A DNA stretch of 64,000 nt from an uncultured Planctomycetota bacterium. Lineage in GTDB: Bacteria; Planctomycetota; Planctomycetia; Isosphaerales; Isosphaeraceae. The translations under genes and the position numbers were made by a program. The notes under the pieces were generated by a model. That model did no database searches, was not told where the DNA came from, and saw nothing but the letters and a program-made list of their open reading frames with translations. The DNA lies in the NCBI GenBank assembly GCA_963737655.1, contig CAVTTN010000002.1, positions 4,256,001 through 4,320,000 on the forward strand. Direction: 5' to 3'. Positions 41,291-51,154 of this stretch are shown in pieces (the first letter of the stretch is position 1; every line of letters starts with the position of its first letter).

Positions 41291-41387
41291 GCCTAACGAC
41301 CAAGCTCACCTGCCCGGCGGGCGCGGGGAGCTATGAACTCCAGAAAGCCTACATGGCCGCCGGGTCAGGTGCAGCGCCTGGTTCGGC
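41291..41387 (-). mobile_element. Integron attC site 1
   Basis: Minus strand GCCGAAC caggc GCTGCACC ... GGTGAGC ttggtc GTTAGGC (R'', L'', L', R'); 97-bp hairpin. Confidence 0.85.
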
Positions 41388-41897
41388 TGTCGTCATCTCT
41401 CTCGGGTCGAGGGCATAAAGGGTGATCCGCAGCAACCCTCCGGCCGCCACCAGCCGAGCCAGCGTCCCGGGCGACAGGTCGTGGCGGACCGAGAACGGCT
41501 TTGTCCCGCAGTAATACCCGAGGTCGAAGACCCGCTGCGAGCAGCCATCCCAGGCCGCCCTGGCGGGCGGGTCGAGCGCCTCGACGGCCGCCAGCAGGGT
41601 CGCGACCTCGGGCTCGGGGTGGTCGTAGAATTCCCCACAGTCAGCGTTGAACATCCAGAGCCACTGCGGCTCGGCGATCCGGTGCCACTCCGTCTCGTCG
41701 ATCCGGAGTGCGCGATAGCGAGCGATCAACCCCCGAGCCTCCAGGGCTGCCGCAAGCGCCGTCAGATCCTCGGTCGAGTAAAGGCCGAGTTCCGTGGTGG
41801 AGTAGCTCGTGATCTCGTCCCAGGGCGACCCCTGCTCAGGCTGGCAGGACACATCGTCAGCCGACCGAACGACTTCTGGGTTATCGGCGTCTGCCAT
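41349..41897 (-). CDS. Gene-cassette hypothetical protein (182 aa)
   Basis: ATG 41897 after GGAGG, just inside attC2; C-terminus AEPGAAPDPAA reads into attC1. Confidence 0.75.
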   Translation of the reverse strand: MADADNPEVVRSADDVSCQPEQGSPWDEITSYSTTELGLYSTEDLTALAAALEARGLIARYRALRIDETEWHRIAEPQWLWMFNADCGEFYDHPEPEVATLLAAVEALDPPARAAWDGCSQRVFDLGYYCGTKPFSVRHDLSPGTLARLVAAGGLLRITLYALDPREMTTAEPGAAPDPAAM

Positions 41898-41914
41898 TCC
41901 CGAAGCCCTCCGGG

Positions 41915-42013
41915 GCCGAACGCCGAAGCTCAGCGGACCCACCCGCACGAGCGACCTTGAATAGCACGAAAACCGCCGCGGCGGGCGGGGTCCGCTGCAG
42001 CGCCAGGTTAACC
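41915..42013 (-). mobile_element. Integron attC site 2
   Basis: Minus strand GGTTAAC ctggc GCTGCAGC ... GCTGAGC ttcggc GTTCGGC; 99 bp. Confidence 0.85.
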
Positions 42014-42505
42014 ATCCTGCGGCCTTCGTCCGCTCCCGACGGGGCGTGAACGGGGGCCGGGGACGACTTGCCCGCCGGCCCGGCGCGGCGTAGCCTGAGT
42101 GTGGCGCGGGCCTCCCGGCCGTCTCCACCTTGGTGCTCCCTGCCCGTAGGTTAGCCTGGCCCGAGAGGTCGTGATCCGGTCATTGGCGACGCCCCGCGAG
42201 CCGACTCGCGGGGATGTTCCCGTCGAAGAGACTGCAAGCGTAACCGACTCCCCTCTCGGCCCGCGCCTCGTCCGCCGCTCTTGAATCCGTCGGATCGCCA
42301 CCCGGACCTCGCCGCTGCCCAGCCACAAAGCCTGGGGTTGGGGTAGTGTCGCGCGTCGATGGCCGTTCCAAGCCAAAGAGTTCACGAAGAGGCGGCGTTC
42401 AGAGGCTGTCGGTAAGCTCTGTTCTGAAAATGGGACCGACCGGATTGCCAGATCGCCGACACCCTGCCCATTGTCATGGTCTCAGGGTGCCGCTCGCGGC
42501 ATGGC

Positions 42506-42604
42506 GACTAACACAGAAGCCCAGCGGGCCGGGCCGCCGACTTGTCGATGATAACACGAGAAGCGCCGCCGCAGTGCGGGTTCCGCCGCGGCGCGAGGTT
42601 AACC
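42506..42604 (-). mobile_element. Integron attC site 3 (degenerate)
   Basis: Minus strand GGTTAAC ctcgc GCCGCGGC ... GCTGGGC ttctgt GTTAGTC; 99 bp, similar to attC2. Confidence 0.65.
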
Positions 42605-42726
42605 ATTCCGTCCGCTGCGCGGACCCCCCGGGGTGGGGAACTGGCGGCCGGGGACGCGGAGCATCTCGCAAAGGGGACTCGCGGTGGACCGACCGGCCCC
42701 GGCGCGGAAACCGGGGCCGAAGGCAC

Positions 42727-44375
42727 CTACCTCCCGGCGAGGTTCATCGCCTTCCTCACCAACTCGGCGAACTCGCGACGGTAGCCCCTGGGGTCGTCGG
42801 CCTCGCTGGTCTCGGCGAGTTCCAGCGCGGACGCGAACGTCGCCTTCCCCGGGTGCGGGGATTTGCGGAGGAGCATCCCGAATTCGGCCACGGCCGCGGC
42901 GAACCGGAAGTCGGACGAGGCGGAGGAGGCATCCTTGCCCTCGTCGATCACGCCCTTCTCGACCTCGCGGCTGTCGTCGGCGTCGGGGGCCTTGAACCGG
43001 AGTTTCACGGTCATCAACTCGTTGCTGGTCCCGGCGGCCGGCGGGGCGGCGGGCGCCTCGGAGGGCTTCTGCTGATATTTCAGAGGGCCCGGGTCGATGC
43101 CGGGGACGACCTCCTGACCCGGCGGCACGATCTCGTAGAGGGCCGTGACCGAATGCCCCGCGCCGATCTCCCCGGCGTCCTTCGTGTCGTCGCGGAAGTC
43201 CTCGTTCTTCAGGGCGCGATTCTCGTAGCCGATCAGCCGGTAGGCGGCGACGCGGGCCGGGTTGAACTCGACCTGGATCTTGACGTCCTTGGCCACCGTG
43301 ACCAGCGTCCCGCCGACCTGTTCGACGAGGACCTTCCGGGCCTCCTGCAGCGAATCCAGATAGGCATAATTGCCGTTCCCCTTGTCGGCCAGCGCCTCCA
43401 TCTTCCCGTCCTGGAGGTTCCCCTGCCCCACCCCGAGGACGCTCAGGAAGACGCCCGTCTTGCGCTTCTCCTCGATCAGGCGCACGAGCTCCGCTTCGCT
43501 CGTCACGCCGACGTTGAAGTCGCCGTCGGTGGCGAGGATCACGCGGTTGACCCCGCCGGGGATGAAGTTCCGGATGGCCACGTCGTAGGCGAGCCGGATG
43601 CCCGCGCCGCCGTTGGTGGAGCCGCCGGGCTGGAGGCCGTCGAGGGCCGAGAGGATTTCCCCCTTGTTCTCGGCCGAGGTCGAGGGTAGGGCCAGCCCGT
43701 CGGCCCCGGCGTAGACGACGATCGCCACCCGGTCGTTCTCGACGAGGTTCTCGACGAGCATCCTCATGGCGGGCTTGAGCAGCCCCAGCTTGTTCGGCGC
43801 GGCCATCGACCCGGAGACGTCCAGCAGGAACACGAGGTTCGACGCGGGCCGCTTCGTCGCGTCGACCTCGCGGGCCTTCAGGTTGATCCGGGCCAAGCGA
43901 TGCCCGGGGCTCCAGGGGCACCCGGCGACCTCCACGTTCACGCCGAAGGAGCCGCCGGCGGGCGGCGCGGGGTCATGATAGGGGAAGTAATTGATCATTT
44001 CCTCGACGCGGACGGCATCGGGCGGCGGCAGGGCGTTCTGGGTCAGGAACCGCCGGACGTTCGCATAGGAAGCGGTGTCCACGTCGATCGAGAACGTGGA
44101 GAGCGGGTCCTTCGCCACGGTGCGGAAGGCGTGATCGGCGACCTTCGCATACGACTCGCCGGACGGCTGCTCGGCGACACTCCCGGAGAACTTCTCGTAA
44201 GCCTCCTTGGACGATTTGGGGGCGGAGGCCGTGGCCATCCCGCCTTCGGGGGCCGGGCCCGCCCCGGGAGTGCCCTTCATCATCGCCTTGTCGTTGAGAC
44301 CCTCGCCGCACCCCCCAGGATCGACGCGAGGCCGATCAGGGCCGCGACAGCCATCGGCCGGGCGCTTGCGTGCAT
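42727..44375 (-). CDS. YfbK-like vWA-domain lipoprotein; frameshift in the signal peptide near 44313
   Basis: [73 protein letters not shown]+C lipobox restored by adding one base to the C6 run. Confidence 0.88.
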
Positions 44376-44555
44376 GGACGTTTCCCCCGGGTCCGAATTC
44401 GAGATGAGATGATGACGCCTCCGACGGCCGGACAGGCCGAAAGGGTTCGGAGGCCAACCTCAGGGTACGGAGTCGATCGGCCGGCCCGCGAATGATTTCC
44501 CTCGAATTTCGGGGGCGACTCCGCCCGAGGTCCAGATCAGCCGCTCGGCCCGTCA

Positions 44556-44834
44556 TCATCGCCGAGACGGCTTCTCGGGCGCCCGGTCCTTGAGCAGGGC
44601 CAGCACGACCAGGCCGATGAGCGACAGCAGGCCCATGAGTCCCCAGGCCGGACTCCGGCCCTTCGCCTTGGCGTACATCGCCAGGCCGGAGATGAGCAGC
44701 ACCGTCCCGACCAGGAGCACCACGACCCCGAGGGTCTCCTGGTCGGGATTGGCCCGCATCAGGTTGCCGGCGATCTGGAGGATCAGGCCCGGGATGCCCA
44801 GGGCGAGGCTGATGTTGTTGTAGCGAGCGATCAC
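44556..44834 (-). CDS. Small membrane protein (92 aa)
   Basis: Three hydrophobic segments, [18 protein letters not shown] before GTG. Confidence 0.75.
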   Translation of the reverse strand: MIARYNNISLALGIPGLILQIAGNLMRANPDQETLGVVVLLVGTVLLISGLAMYAKAKGRSPAWGLMGLLSLIGLVVLALLKDRAPEKPSRR

Positions 44835-45033
44835 GCGACCCGTCCTCCCGAGGCCCTCGGCCCCACGGCCGCCGGACGGGTCAACGCCGTCGCATTCGCC
44901 GGACCGGGGGGGAAAGGCGGGGCTTATCCTGATGCGAGAGGGCCGACGGGTCAATGGCCCTGTGCCCATACCCCCCGTGCCCGGCCTCCGGCCTCGACCG
45001 ACGATGGCATCGGCGATGGAGTCGAAGCGGAGG

Positions 45034-46478
45034 CTTAGTGCTACTCCGTTAGCTGCTTTGGAGGGTCTGCGGACCGGCAGTATGGGCAATCATGCCGGCA
45101 GATCGGCACCAGCAGCCTCTGGAGCCCGCGACGGATCGCCGGCACCGTGATCACCGGCTCGGGATCCCCTTTTTTCCCGGCCGGGCCGGGGCACGCTTCG
45201 CTCGCAGCCGCTCCAACGCCAGGAAGCCGTAGGCCGGCATCACCGGGCAGGCGTGGTGGTGGAACCCCCGCCACGAGCGGCCCTCGAAGTGGTCCAGCCC
45301 GAGTCCCTCCTTCATCTGCTGGTCGCCCTGCTCGACCGGCCAGCGGCTCCGCCACAGGCGGACCGCCGCGATCCGGGACGTGCCCGCCGGCAGGTTGCTG
45401 AAGGCGTATTTGATCTGGCCGTCGGCCTGCTCCTCGATCAGGAGCCAGATCGGCCCGGCCCCGGCGCACTCCCCCGTGGCCCAGCCCCCGGCAGGCCGGA
45501 CCCGCAGCCAGGAGAAGCGGCCTGACATCGGGCCCTTGGTCCCCTCGCGCCACGTCACCTTGGGCCGGGGCGTCTGCCCGGCCAACTCCTTGAGGCTGAC
45601 CGGCCGCGGCGACTCGTCGGTGAGCCGGCGTCGCTTCTGCGGGCGGCCGCCGGCGGCGGCCTTCGGCTCGACCCAGCGCGGCTCCTCGGCGAAGACGACC
45701 ATCTCGTCGGTGACGCCGACGACGTCGTGCAGGCCCCGCTCGGCCAGGCCATCGCGGAACGGCCCCGAGACCCCGTAGCCGGAGTCCGCCACGACGACCT
45801 GCCCCGGCAGGCCCTCGGCGCGGGCCTGGTCGAGCAACTCCAACGCGATCTGCCCCTTGCTCCGGGGGCGGCGGGCCTCCTCCGGGACGCCGGCCCGGTC
45901 GAGGCGATCCGGCTCGGCGAGCCACGACTCGGGCAGGTAGAGCCGCATGTTCAGCGGGTAGTGCCCCTCCGGGGCGACGTCGTGCACCGAGACGGCGCAC
46001 TGGCAGTTGGCCGTCTCGCCCAGGGCGCCGCAGTACTGCCGCTGAACGCCGACGGAGTGCTTGCCCTGCTTGGGGAAGGTCGTGTCGTCGATGACGAAGA
46101 TCCCCGCCGGGTCGGCGAATGCCTCGGCCATCCGCGCGCGGTAGCGTCGCCACACGGCCCGGTCGTCCCAGGTGCTCTGGCTGACGAACTGCTGGAGGGC
46201 CTGGTCGGGGTCGGCGACGGTGAGGCCGGCGGGCAGCGGGACGGCGCGGGCCATCGGCTCGATGCTCTTGCGGTCGGCGTCCTGGAGCAGGCCGCGGAGG
46301 TAGACGCCGCACCACTGGCCCTGGCGGGGCCGGTTGAAGTCGTCGCGGAATCCGGCGGCGTAGTCGCCGAGCCGGTCGAGCACGTCGGGGTCGAGTTCGG
46401 GGGTGTAGGTCCGGTTCGTACTATCGGTACGAACCGGACCGGCGAACCGTTCGTAGGATCTAACGGAGTAGCACTAAG
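45034..46478 (-). mobile_element. IS701-family insertion sequence
   Basis: 19-bp perfect IR CTTAGTGCTACTCCGTTAG (45034-45052 / 46460-46478; may include target bases) enclosing the transposase. Confidence 0.9.
45151..46383 (-). CDS. IS701-family DDE transposase (native start looks degenerate)
   Basis: RKSIEPMA, IDDTTFPKQGKHSVGVQRQYCG, VVADSGYG, RWPVEQ..QQMK.GLGLDHFEGRSWRGFHHH. Confidence 0.92.
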   Translation of the reverse strand: MLDRLGDYAAGFRDDFNRPRQGQWCGVYLRGLLQDADRKSIEPMARAVPLPAGLTVADPDQALQQFVSQSTWDDRAVWRRYRARMAEAFADPAGIFVIDDTTFPKQGKHSVGVQRQYCGALGETANCQCAVSVHDVAPEGHYPLNMRLYLPESWLAEPDRLDRAGVPEEARRPRSKGQIALELLDQARAEGLPGQVVVADSGYGVSGPFRDGLAERGLHDVVGVTDEMVVFAEEPRWVEPKAAAGGRPQKRRRLTDESPRPVSLKELAGQTPRPKVTWREGTKGPMSGRFSWLRVRPAGGWATGECAGAGPIWLLIEEQADGQIKYAFSNLPAGTSRIAAVRLWRSRWPVEQGDQQMKEGLGLDHFEGRSWRGFHHHACPVMPAYGFLALERLRAKRAPARPGKKGIPSR

Positions 46479-46715
46479 AAACGGGTCCGTGGTCCCGTTG
46501 TAGAGCTTCAAGCTCAACTGGACCGTGTCGGCGACGGCCGCCCGACCGTCGTTCTGCGGGTCCGCGTTCGGCTTGGTCTTGTCCTGCCGATTCTTCGCCG
46601 GGGCTGCCGCGTCTTGGGCCTTCACGCTCCCGGGCGTCAGCCTGACCAAGGCAAGAACGCCGAAGGCGGTCGCAAGGAGCACCGCCGCCAACCACGGGAA
46701 ACAACGACTGCTCAT
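46479..46715 (-). pseudogene. 5' fragment of a secreted-protein gene cut by IS701
   Basis: GGAGGA before MSSRCFPWLAAVLLATAFGVLAL..VKAQD; frame runs directly into the IS end. Confidence 0.6.
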
Positions 46716-47144
46716 TGGGTCCTCCCGGAACGTCGCTCGAACTCGGACGAACCCGCCCCGGCCCCGAATCCGGGTACAGGCCAAGGCCCGCCCCGTCTGC
46801 CCGAGCGGCCGACGAGCGTTCCCGGAATTCCTTTGGATCTGCTCGACGCAGTAGGTGCCCGGCAGCCTCGAGGCGGGATCGCGAGGTCGGGACTCGCTCC
46901 CGGCCCATCGCCGGGAGCGAGTCACCGGCGATCCCCAACTGATACGGTCGGAGATGCGACGGGTCCGGCCTCCGATCGGGGGGCGCTTGGCCGGGGGTCG
47001 AACGTTGCTCGAGGAGGGGGCGGGGCACGACCATCTCGAAATCTCGCGGGTCCGCGCGGATTTCTTTTGCATCGGGGAAACACCCGTGCGATCGTGTGAA
47101 TACTTGAACACATTATTTTATAACAATATGTCACATAGACAGAT

Positions 47145-48214
47145 ATAAAGTCCGCTTCCCTCTGGGCCGCGCTCGCCGTCTCGGCCCTTGCCGCGCCGGC
47201 CTCGGCCGACTACGTCTTCACCCGCATCGCCGACACGAGCGGGGCCCTGGTCGACACGTCCTATGCCCCGAGCCTCAACAACTCCGGCACCGCCGCCTTC
47301 TACGCGGTCAGGAACGACGCCAACTACAGCCAGGCCATCTACACCGGCAGCGGCGGGGCACTGACGACCATCGCCCAGACCGGGGGCGCCTTCAGCCGCT
47401 TGCTCCGGGATCCCATGATCAGCGACTCCGGGACCGTGGCCTTCAATGCCACCCCGACAGCCGGGGGCGACGGCATCTACACCGGCAGCGGCGGGGGCCT
47501 GACGACCATCGCGACGACCAGCCCGACGATCCGGAGGTTCGGCGACCCGTCGATCAACGCCTCCGATACCGGCGCCTACACCGTGCTGCCTAAAGACTTG
47601 CGGTTCCAGTCGATCGTCACCAGCGACGGCAAGACCATCGCCGGCCCGACCGACTTCGGCGGCGGCTTCGAAGACCGCACCAGCATCAACGCCTCGGGCA
47701 CCGTCTCGTCGATCGGCAGCTACACCGACGCCCACGGCGTCTTCGTCTCGGCGGTCTTCACCGGCAGCGGCGGGGCGTTGACCACGATCGCCAGCAGCAG
47801 CCCCGGCCCGATCAGCTACTCGGGCCTGGGGCAGACCGCCATCAACGATTCGGGCGTCGTCGCCTTCACGGCCAAACTCACCGACGACTCGACCGCGCTC
47901 TACACCGGCAGCGGTGGGGCGCTGACCACGATCGCCACGACCGGGGCGACCGTCAACGGGATCTTCGGCGCGATGGGCAATCGGCTCATCGGCGCCGGGG
48001 ATGCGCTGGACGGCTCGACCGTCACGGGCCTCCAGTTCGGCAACAAAGGGCTGAACGACTCCGGGTCGTTCGCCTTCTCCGCCTTCCTGGACGACGGGCG
48101 GGTCGGGATCTATCGCGGGGCTTCCGGGCGGTCCCGGAGCCGACCAGCCTCGCCCTGCTCGCCGCCGGCGGCCTGGCCCGCCTCGCGCGTCGGCTCCGGC
48201 GGCCGAGGTCGTGA
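47145..48214 (+). pseudogene. PEP-CTERM protein with NxxGxxAF tandem repeats; ATA at the expected start, frameshift near 48120
   Basis: (I)KSASLWAALAVSALAAPASA signal; NNSGTAAF, NDSGVVAF, NDSGSFAF; repeated TGSGG.LTTIA; shifted tail VPEPTSLALLAAGGLARLARRLRRPRS*. Confidence 0.8.
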
Positions 48215-48229
48215 AGCGGCCGCGATCCC

Positions 48230-48560
48230 GTCCCGCCAAAGCGTCCTCGATCCCCTCCCGGATCGCGTCCACCCTCGCGCCGTCGCCGGCCTCCCGGGTC
48301 GCGTCCTCGACCCCCGCCTCCGCCAGGATCGCGGCGACGATCGGCGCCTCCCTCGGCGAGAGCGACCCCGAATCGCGGAGCATGACCAGGGCGCCGACGA
48401 GGGCCGGGTCGGGGGCGACCCATCCCGCCTTGATCGCGCGGAGGGTCGATCGGAGGCCCGACCCCCGGTTCCCGGGGTGGCGGAGCCAGTCGAGGGCCGG
48501 CGGCAGTCCGACGGAGGGGCCGAGGCCGAGGGCCCGGGCCGGGGGGCGGGTCGCGAGCAT
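48230..48560 (-). CDS. Hypothetical protein (3' end uncertain)
   Basis: MLATRPP..LDWLRHPG..LRAIKAGW; frame reads on into the antisense of the PEP-CTERM gene. Confidence 0.35.
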
Positions 48561-48693
48561 GGTGAGGGGAGTCCGGAGGGTGGGAGGGGACCTGGCGGGG
48601 GCGCGGTGAGGGCGCGGAAAACGGGCCGATCGGGGATTTTTCGCGGGCCCGGGGTTTCCCTGAACGTCCAGGGAATCGCCCGGAGGAAGGCGG

Positions 48694-49017
48694 TCACTCC
48701 GGCTCGGGCGGGTCCGGCCCGACGGGGAGCCAGGGATGGCGAGCGGCCCGCTCGTATTTGGACCGCATGCCGACGCACCACTCGGCCCTCCGGCGAACCC
48801 GCTCAGCCTCCGGCCCGGTCGGGCGAGATTCGAGGCCGAGGGCCTGGGACCGGGCCCGCGCGACGGCCGCCACGACCTGTTCGCAGGCGTCGAACGACTC
48901 CGCCTTTTCGCGGAAGCGGGCGGCCCGGAGCTTCATGGCCGTGCCCCAGGCGACCAGCCCCGAGGCCGCCACCGCGACCATCAGCGACCGCACGGTGAGC
49001 CGGAATCGGGGCTTCAT
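48694..49017 (-). CDS. Small membrane-anchored protein, KYERAARxPWLPVxPDPP family
   Basis: MKPRFRLTVRSLMVAVA...KYERAARHPWLPVGPDPPEPE. Confidence 0.8.
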   Translation of the reverse strand: MKPRFRLTVRSLMVAVAASGLVAWGTAMKLRAARFREKAESFDACEQVVAAVARARSQALGLESRPTGPEAERVRRRAEWCVGMRSKYERAARHPWLPVGPDPPEPE

Positions 49018-49021
49018 GGCG

Positions 49022-49354
49022 TCACTCCGGGAAGGGCGCCGGCAAGGGAGGGTCGGGCGCCACCGGGAGCCAGGGACGGCGGGCCGCCCGCTCGTACTTC
49101 CGCCGCATCGCGTCGAAATAGTCCCGCCGCCGCTCCATCTCCCCCCGGATGGCCCTGTCGATCATGGCCAGTTCCTCCGCCGTCTCCGCCACCGGCCCCG
49201 CCCTGACGACGATCGGAACCCGGGCGGCCCACCGCGAGGCCGTGGCCCGATGGCCCAGGGAGGTCCGACACATCCGCTCCCCCCAGAGGCCGACGGCCGC
49301 GACCGCCACGGCGACCATCAACCATCGGATCGTGAACCGAATTCGGAACTTCAT
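49022..49354 (-). CDS. Small membrane-anchored protein, paralog of 48694-49017
   Basis: MKFRIRFTIRWLMVAVAV...KYERAARRPWLPVAPDPP. Confidence 0.8.
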   Translation of the reverse strand: MKFRIRFTIRWLMVAVAVAAVGLWGERMCRTSLGHRATASRWAARVPIVVRAGPVAETAEELAMIDRAIRGEMERRRDYFDAMRRKYERAARRPWLPVAPDPPLPAPFPE

Positions 49355-49394
49355 CGCCTCGCTTCGGCTCGGTAGGGTCCGGCTCGACCGGCGG

Positions 49395-49727
49395 TCAGGG
49401 GCGGCCGGGGAGATCCCCGCACACATGCCTCCTGGCGTACCGGGCCGTCGGGGACTCGCGGAGCGGTGGCGGCACGAGCCAGGACCTCCGGGCCAGGGCC
49501 TCCCAGTGGCCTCGCTCCTCCTCCAGGAGCGAGCGGACGGCCGGCCCGTCGCGGCCGTCGCCACGCCGCTCCATCTCGGACAGGACCGCAAGGCGTCGCA
49601 TCGTCGACTCCAGCCGGGGGCGGGCTTCCCTGGCCTGCACCTCCCAGCGAGACCAGGCCAGGGCGAGGGCCTGGATCGCGGCCAGCGCCATCCACGAGCG
49701 GACGGTGAACCGGAAACCGGGCATCAT
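49395..49727 (-). CDS. Small membrane-anchored protein, diverged paralog
   Basis: MMPGFRFTVRSWMALAAI...WEALARRSWLVPPP. Confidence 0.65.
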   Translation of the reverse strand: MMPGFRFTVRSWMALAAIQALALAWSRWEVQAREARPRLESTMRRLAVLSEMERRGDGRDGPAVRSLLEEERGHWEALARRSWLVPPPLRESPTARYARRHVCGDLPGRP

Positions 49728-50084
49728 GGCCTCGCTCCGAGGGGCCGCGTCGACACGCCGGGGCGAGGATCGCCGATCGGCGGCATCGGGTCATCGGCGA
49801 TCCATCCCTCACGAAGATGCCCCCCTCGGCCGGACGCCCCGATCGGCCAGCCACTGGCGGAGCGAGCCCAGGCGATCGTGAGGGATGGCGGGCCGAGGCG
49901 GGGCCGCGAGGCTGGGCGGGGGTGACGGCATCGGACCCCGATCCTTGATCGCATCGCCCGAGCCTCTCTGCTCCCGACAATCCCGGCCCACGATGTTGAG
50001 GATCGCCCCTGACGCCCGTCCGATCCGCCCATCCCCCGAGCATGCGCCCGGATCTGAACTGGCGTCGACGCTACTGGCCGGGGG

Positions 50085-50459
50085 TCAGGGGCCGAAGATC
50101 CCGGCGGCGGCCTGCTTCGCGAGGTGGCCCAGGACCGCCTTGAGGACCTCGATCGTCAGAGGCACGCCCTTGTCCCGGATCGCGCCCTTGGCCTTCTCCC
50201 ACAGCCCCTTGTCCCTCGCCTCGTCGAGGAACTTGTGGCCCTCCCAGGTCAACGCCGTGGCCCTCCAATCGAATCCGCCGCTGGTCGTGCAGTCGGTGGC
50301 CCCGATCAGCCCAGCGCCCGCCAGGAGCTTGATGTGATACGAGACATCCCGGAACTCGCGTCCCGGGATCTCGACCCGCGCGAACCCTGTCCCGTCGGCC
50401 TCGGGGTCGGCCTCGACGACGAGCAGGATGTCCCGGACCAGGTCCATATCGAGCTTCAT
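50085..50459 (-). CDS. DUF2513 family protein
   Basis: MKLDMDLVRDILL..E, YHIKLL..AGLI, LTWEGHKFLD..RD..LWEK.K. Confidence 0.88.
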   Translation of the reverse strand: MKLDMDLVRDILLVVEADPEADGTGFARVEIPGREFRDVSYHIKLLAGAGLIGATDCTTSGGFDWRATALTWEGHKFLDEARDKGLWEKAKGAIRDKGVPLTIEVLKAVLGHLAKQAAAGIFGP

Positions 50460-50639
50460 CGGTGGCATCTCCCGGGGGCCTCGGTCGGATCGACGGATGC
50501 GGCCGGGGAGAATGCCAGACCGACGCGCCCGGGACAATCCCAATACGCCCGCCCACGGTTCACGCGAGGGAAGAGCCGGGAGGGGGCCTGAGCCGCGTCG
50601 CCCCCGGGTCCGATAATGGGGATTATGCTGATGTTGCCG

Positions 50640-50973
50640 GGGTGTGGCCGCGGATTCATGTTGTAACCGTCGCGATCGTCACGCCGCGATCGGGAATCCC
50701 GAGCGGTCGATCCGCGACCAGAACTGGTCCCACCTCCCCGCCGTGTACGTCAGGCAACGCAGCGACAGCACCGCCGCCGCCCCCCGCTCCTTCCACCGCA
50801 TGCCCGGCCCGCACAGCCGCTGCTTGACCAGCACCTGGCACGCCGCCTCGGTCACCCCCGAGCGGATGATCGCGGCGGGCATGGCGGGGGCTCCGGCGTC
50901 GGCGTGGGGGCGGCACAGCCCGCACGAAAACCGGCGGAACCGGCAAACTCTACATGATTCCGCGGCCACACCC
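50640..50973 (-). mobile_element. Internally deleted ISKra4-like element (334 bp) with intact ends
   Basis: 22-bp IR GGGTGTGGCCGCGGAWTCATGT (21/22); 6-bp TSD TTGCCG at 50634-50639 and 50974-50979; transposase C-terminus SGVTEAAC..LVKQRLC..GMRW. Confidence 0.88.
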
Positions 50974-51074
50974 TTGCCGAATCGACCAGGTGGCCGATCT
51001 GGCCGGCGGGGTGGATCATGACTGCCTCTCAGAGGCTATCCGGGAAGGAGATTTCCGACCGCGACGAGGGGTAA

Positions 51075-51145
51075 AGTAGGTCCGACTTCAGTCGGGCCTA
51101 CCCAAAGAACTCCGGGATGTAGGCCCGACTGAAGTCGGACCTACT
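51075..51145. repeat. GTAG-type REP doublet (inverted pair)
   Basis: GTAGGTCCGACTTCAGTCGGGCCTAC (51076-51101) and its exact reverse complement (51119-51144). Confidence 0.85.
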
Positions 51146-51154
51146 CATCCTTCG

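Noticed and set aside
40140..41309. Single 389-aa ORF
   Set aside because: Chance read-through joining a truncated cassette gene, non-coding DNA and the BON gene
44840..45033. 3' continuation of the gene interrupted by IS701
   Set aside because: The rejoined frame gives no convincing protein
47330..47950. Regularly spaced ACCGGCAGCGGCGGGGC repeats as a CRISPR array
   Set aside because: In-frame coding repeats (TGSGG.LTTIA) with ~180-280 bp spacing; no cas genes
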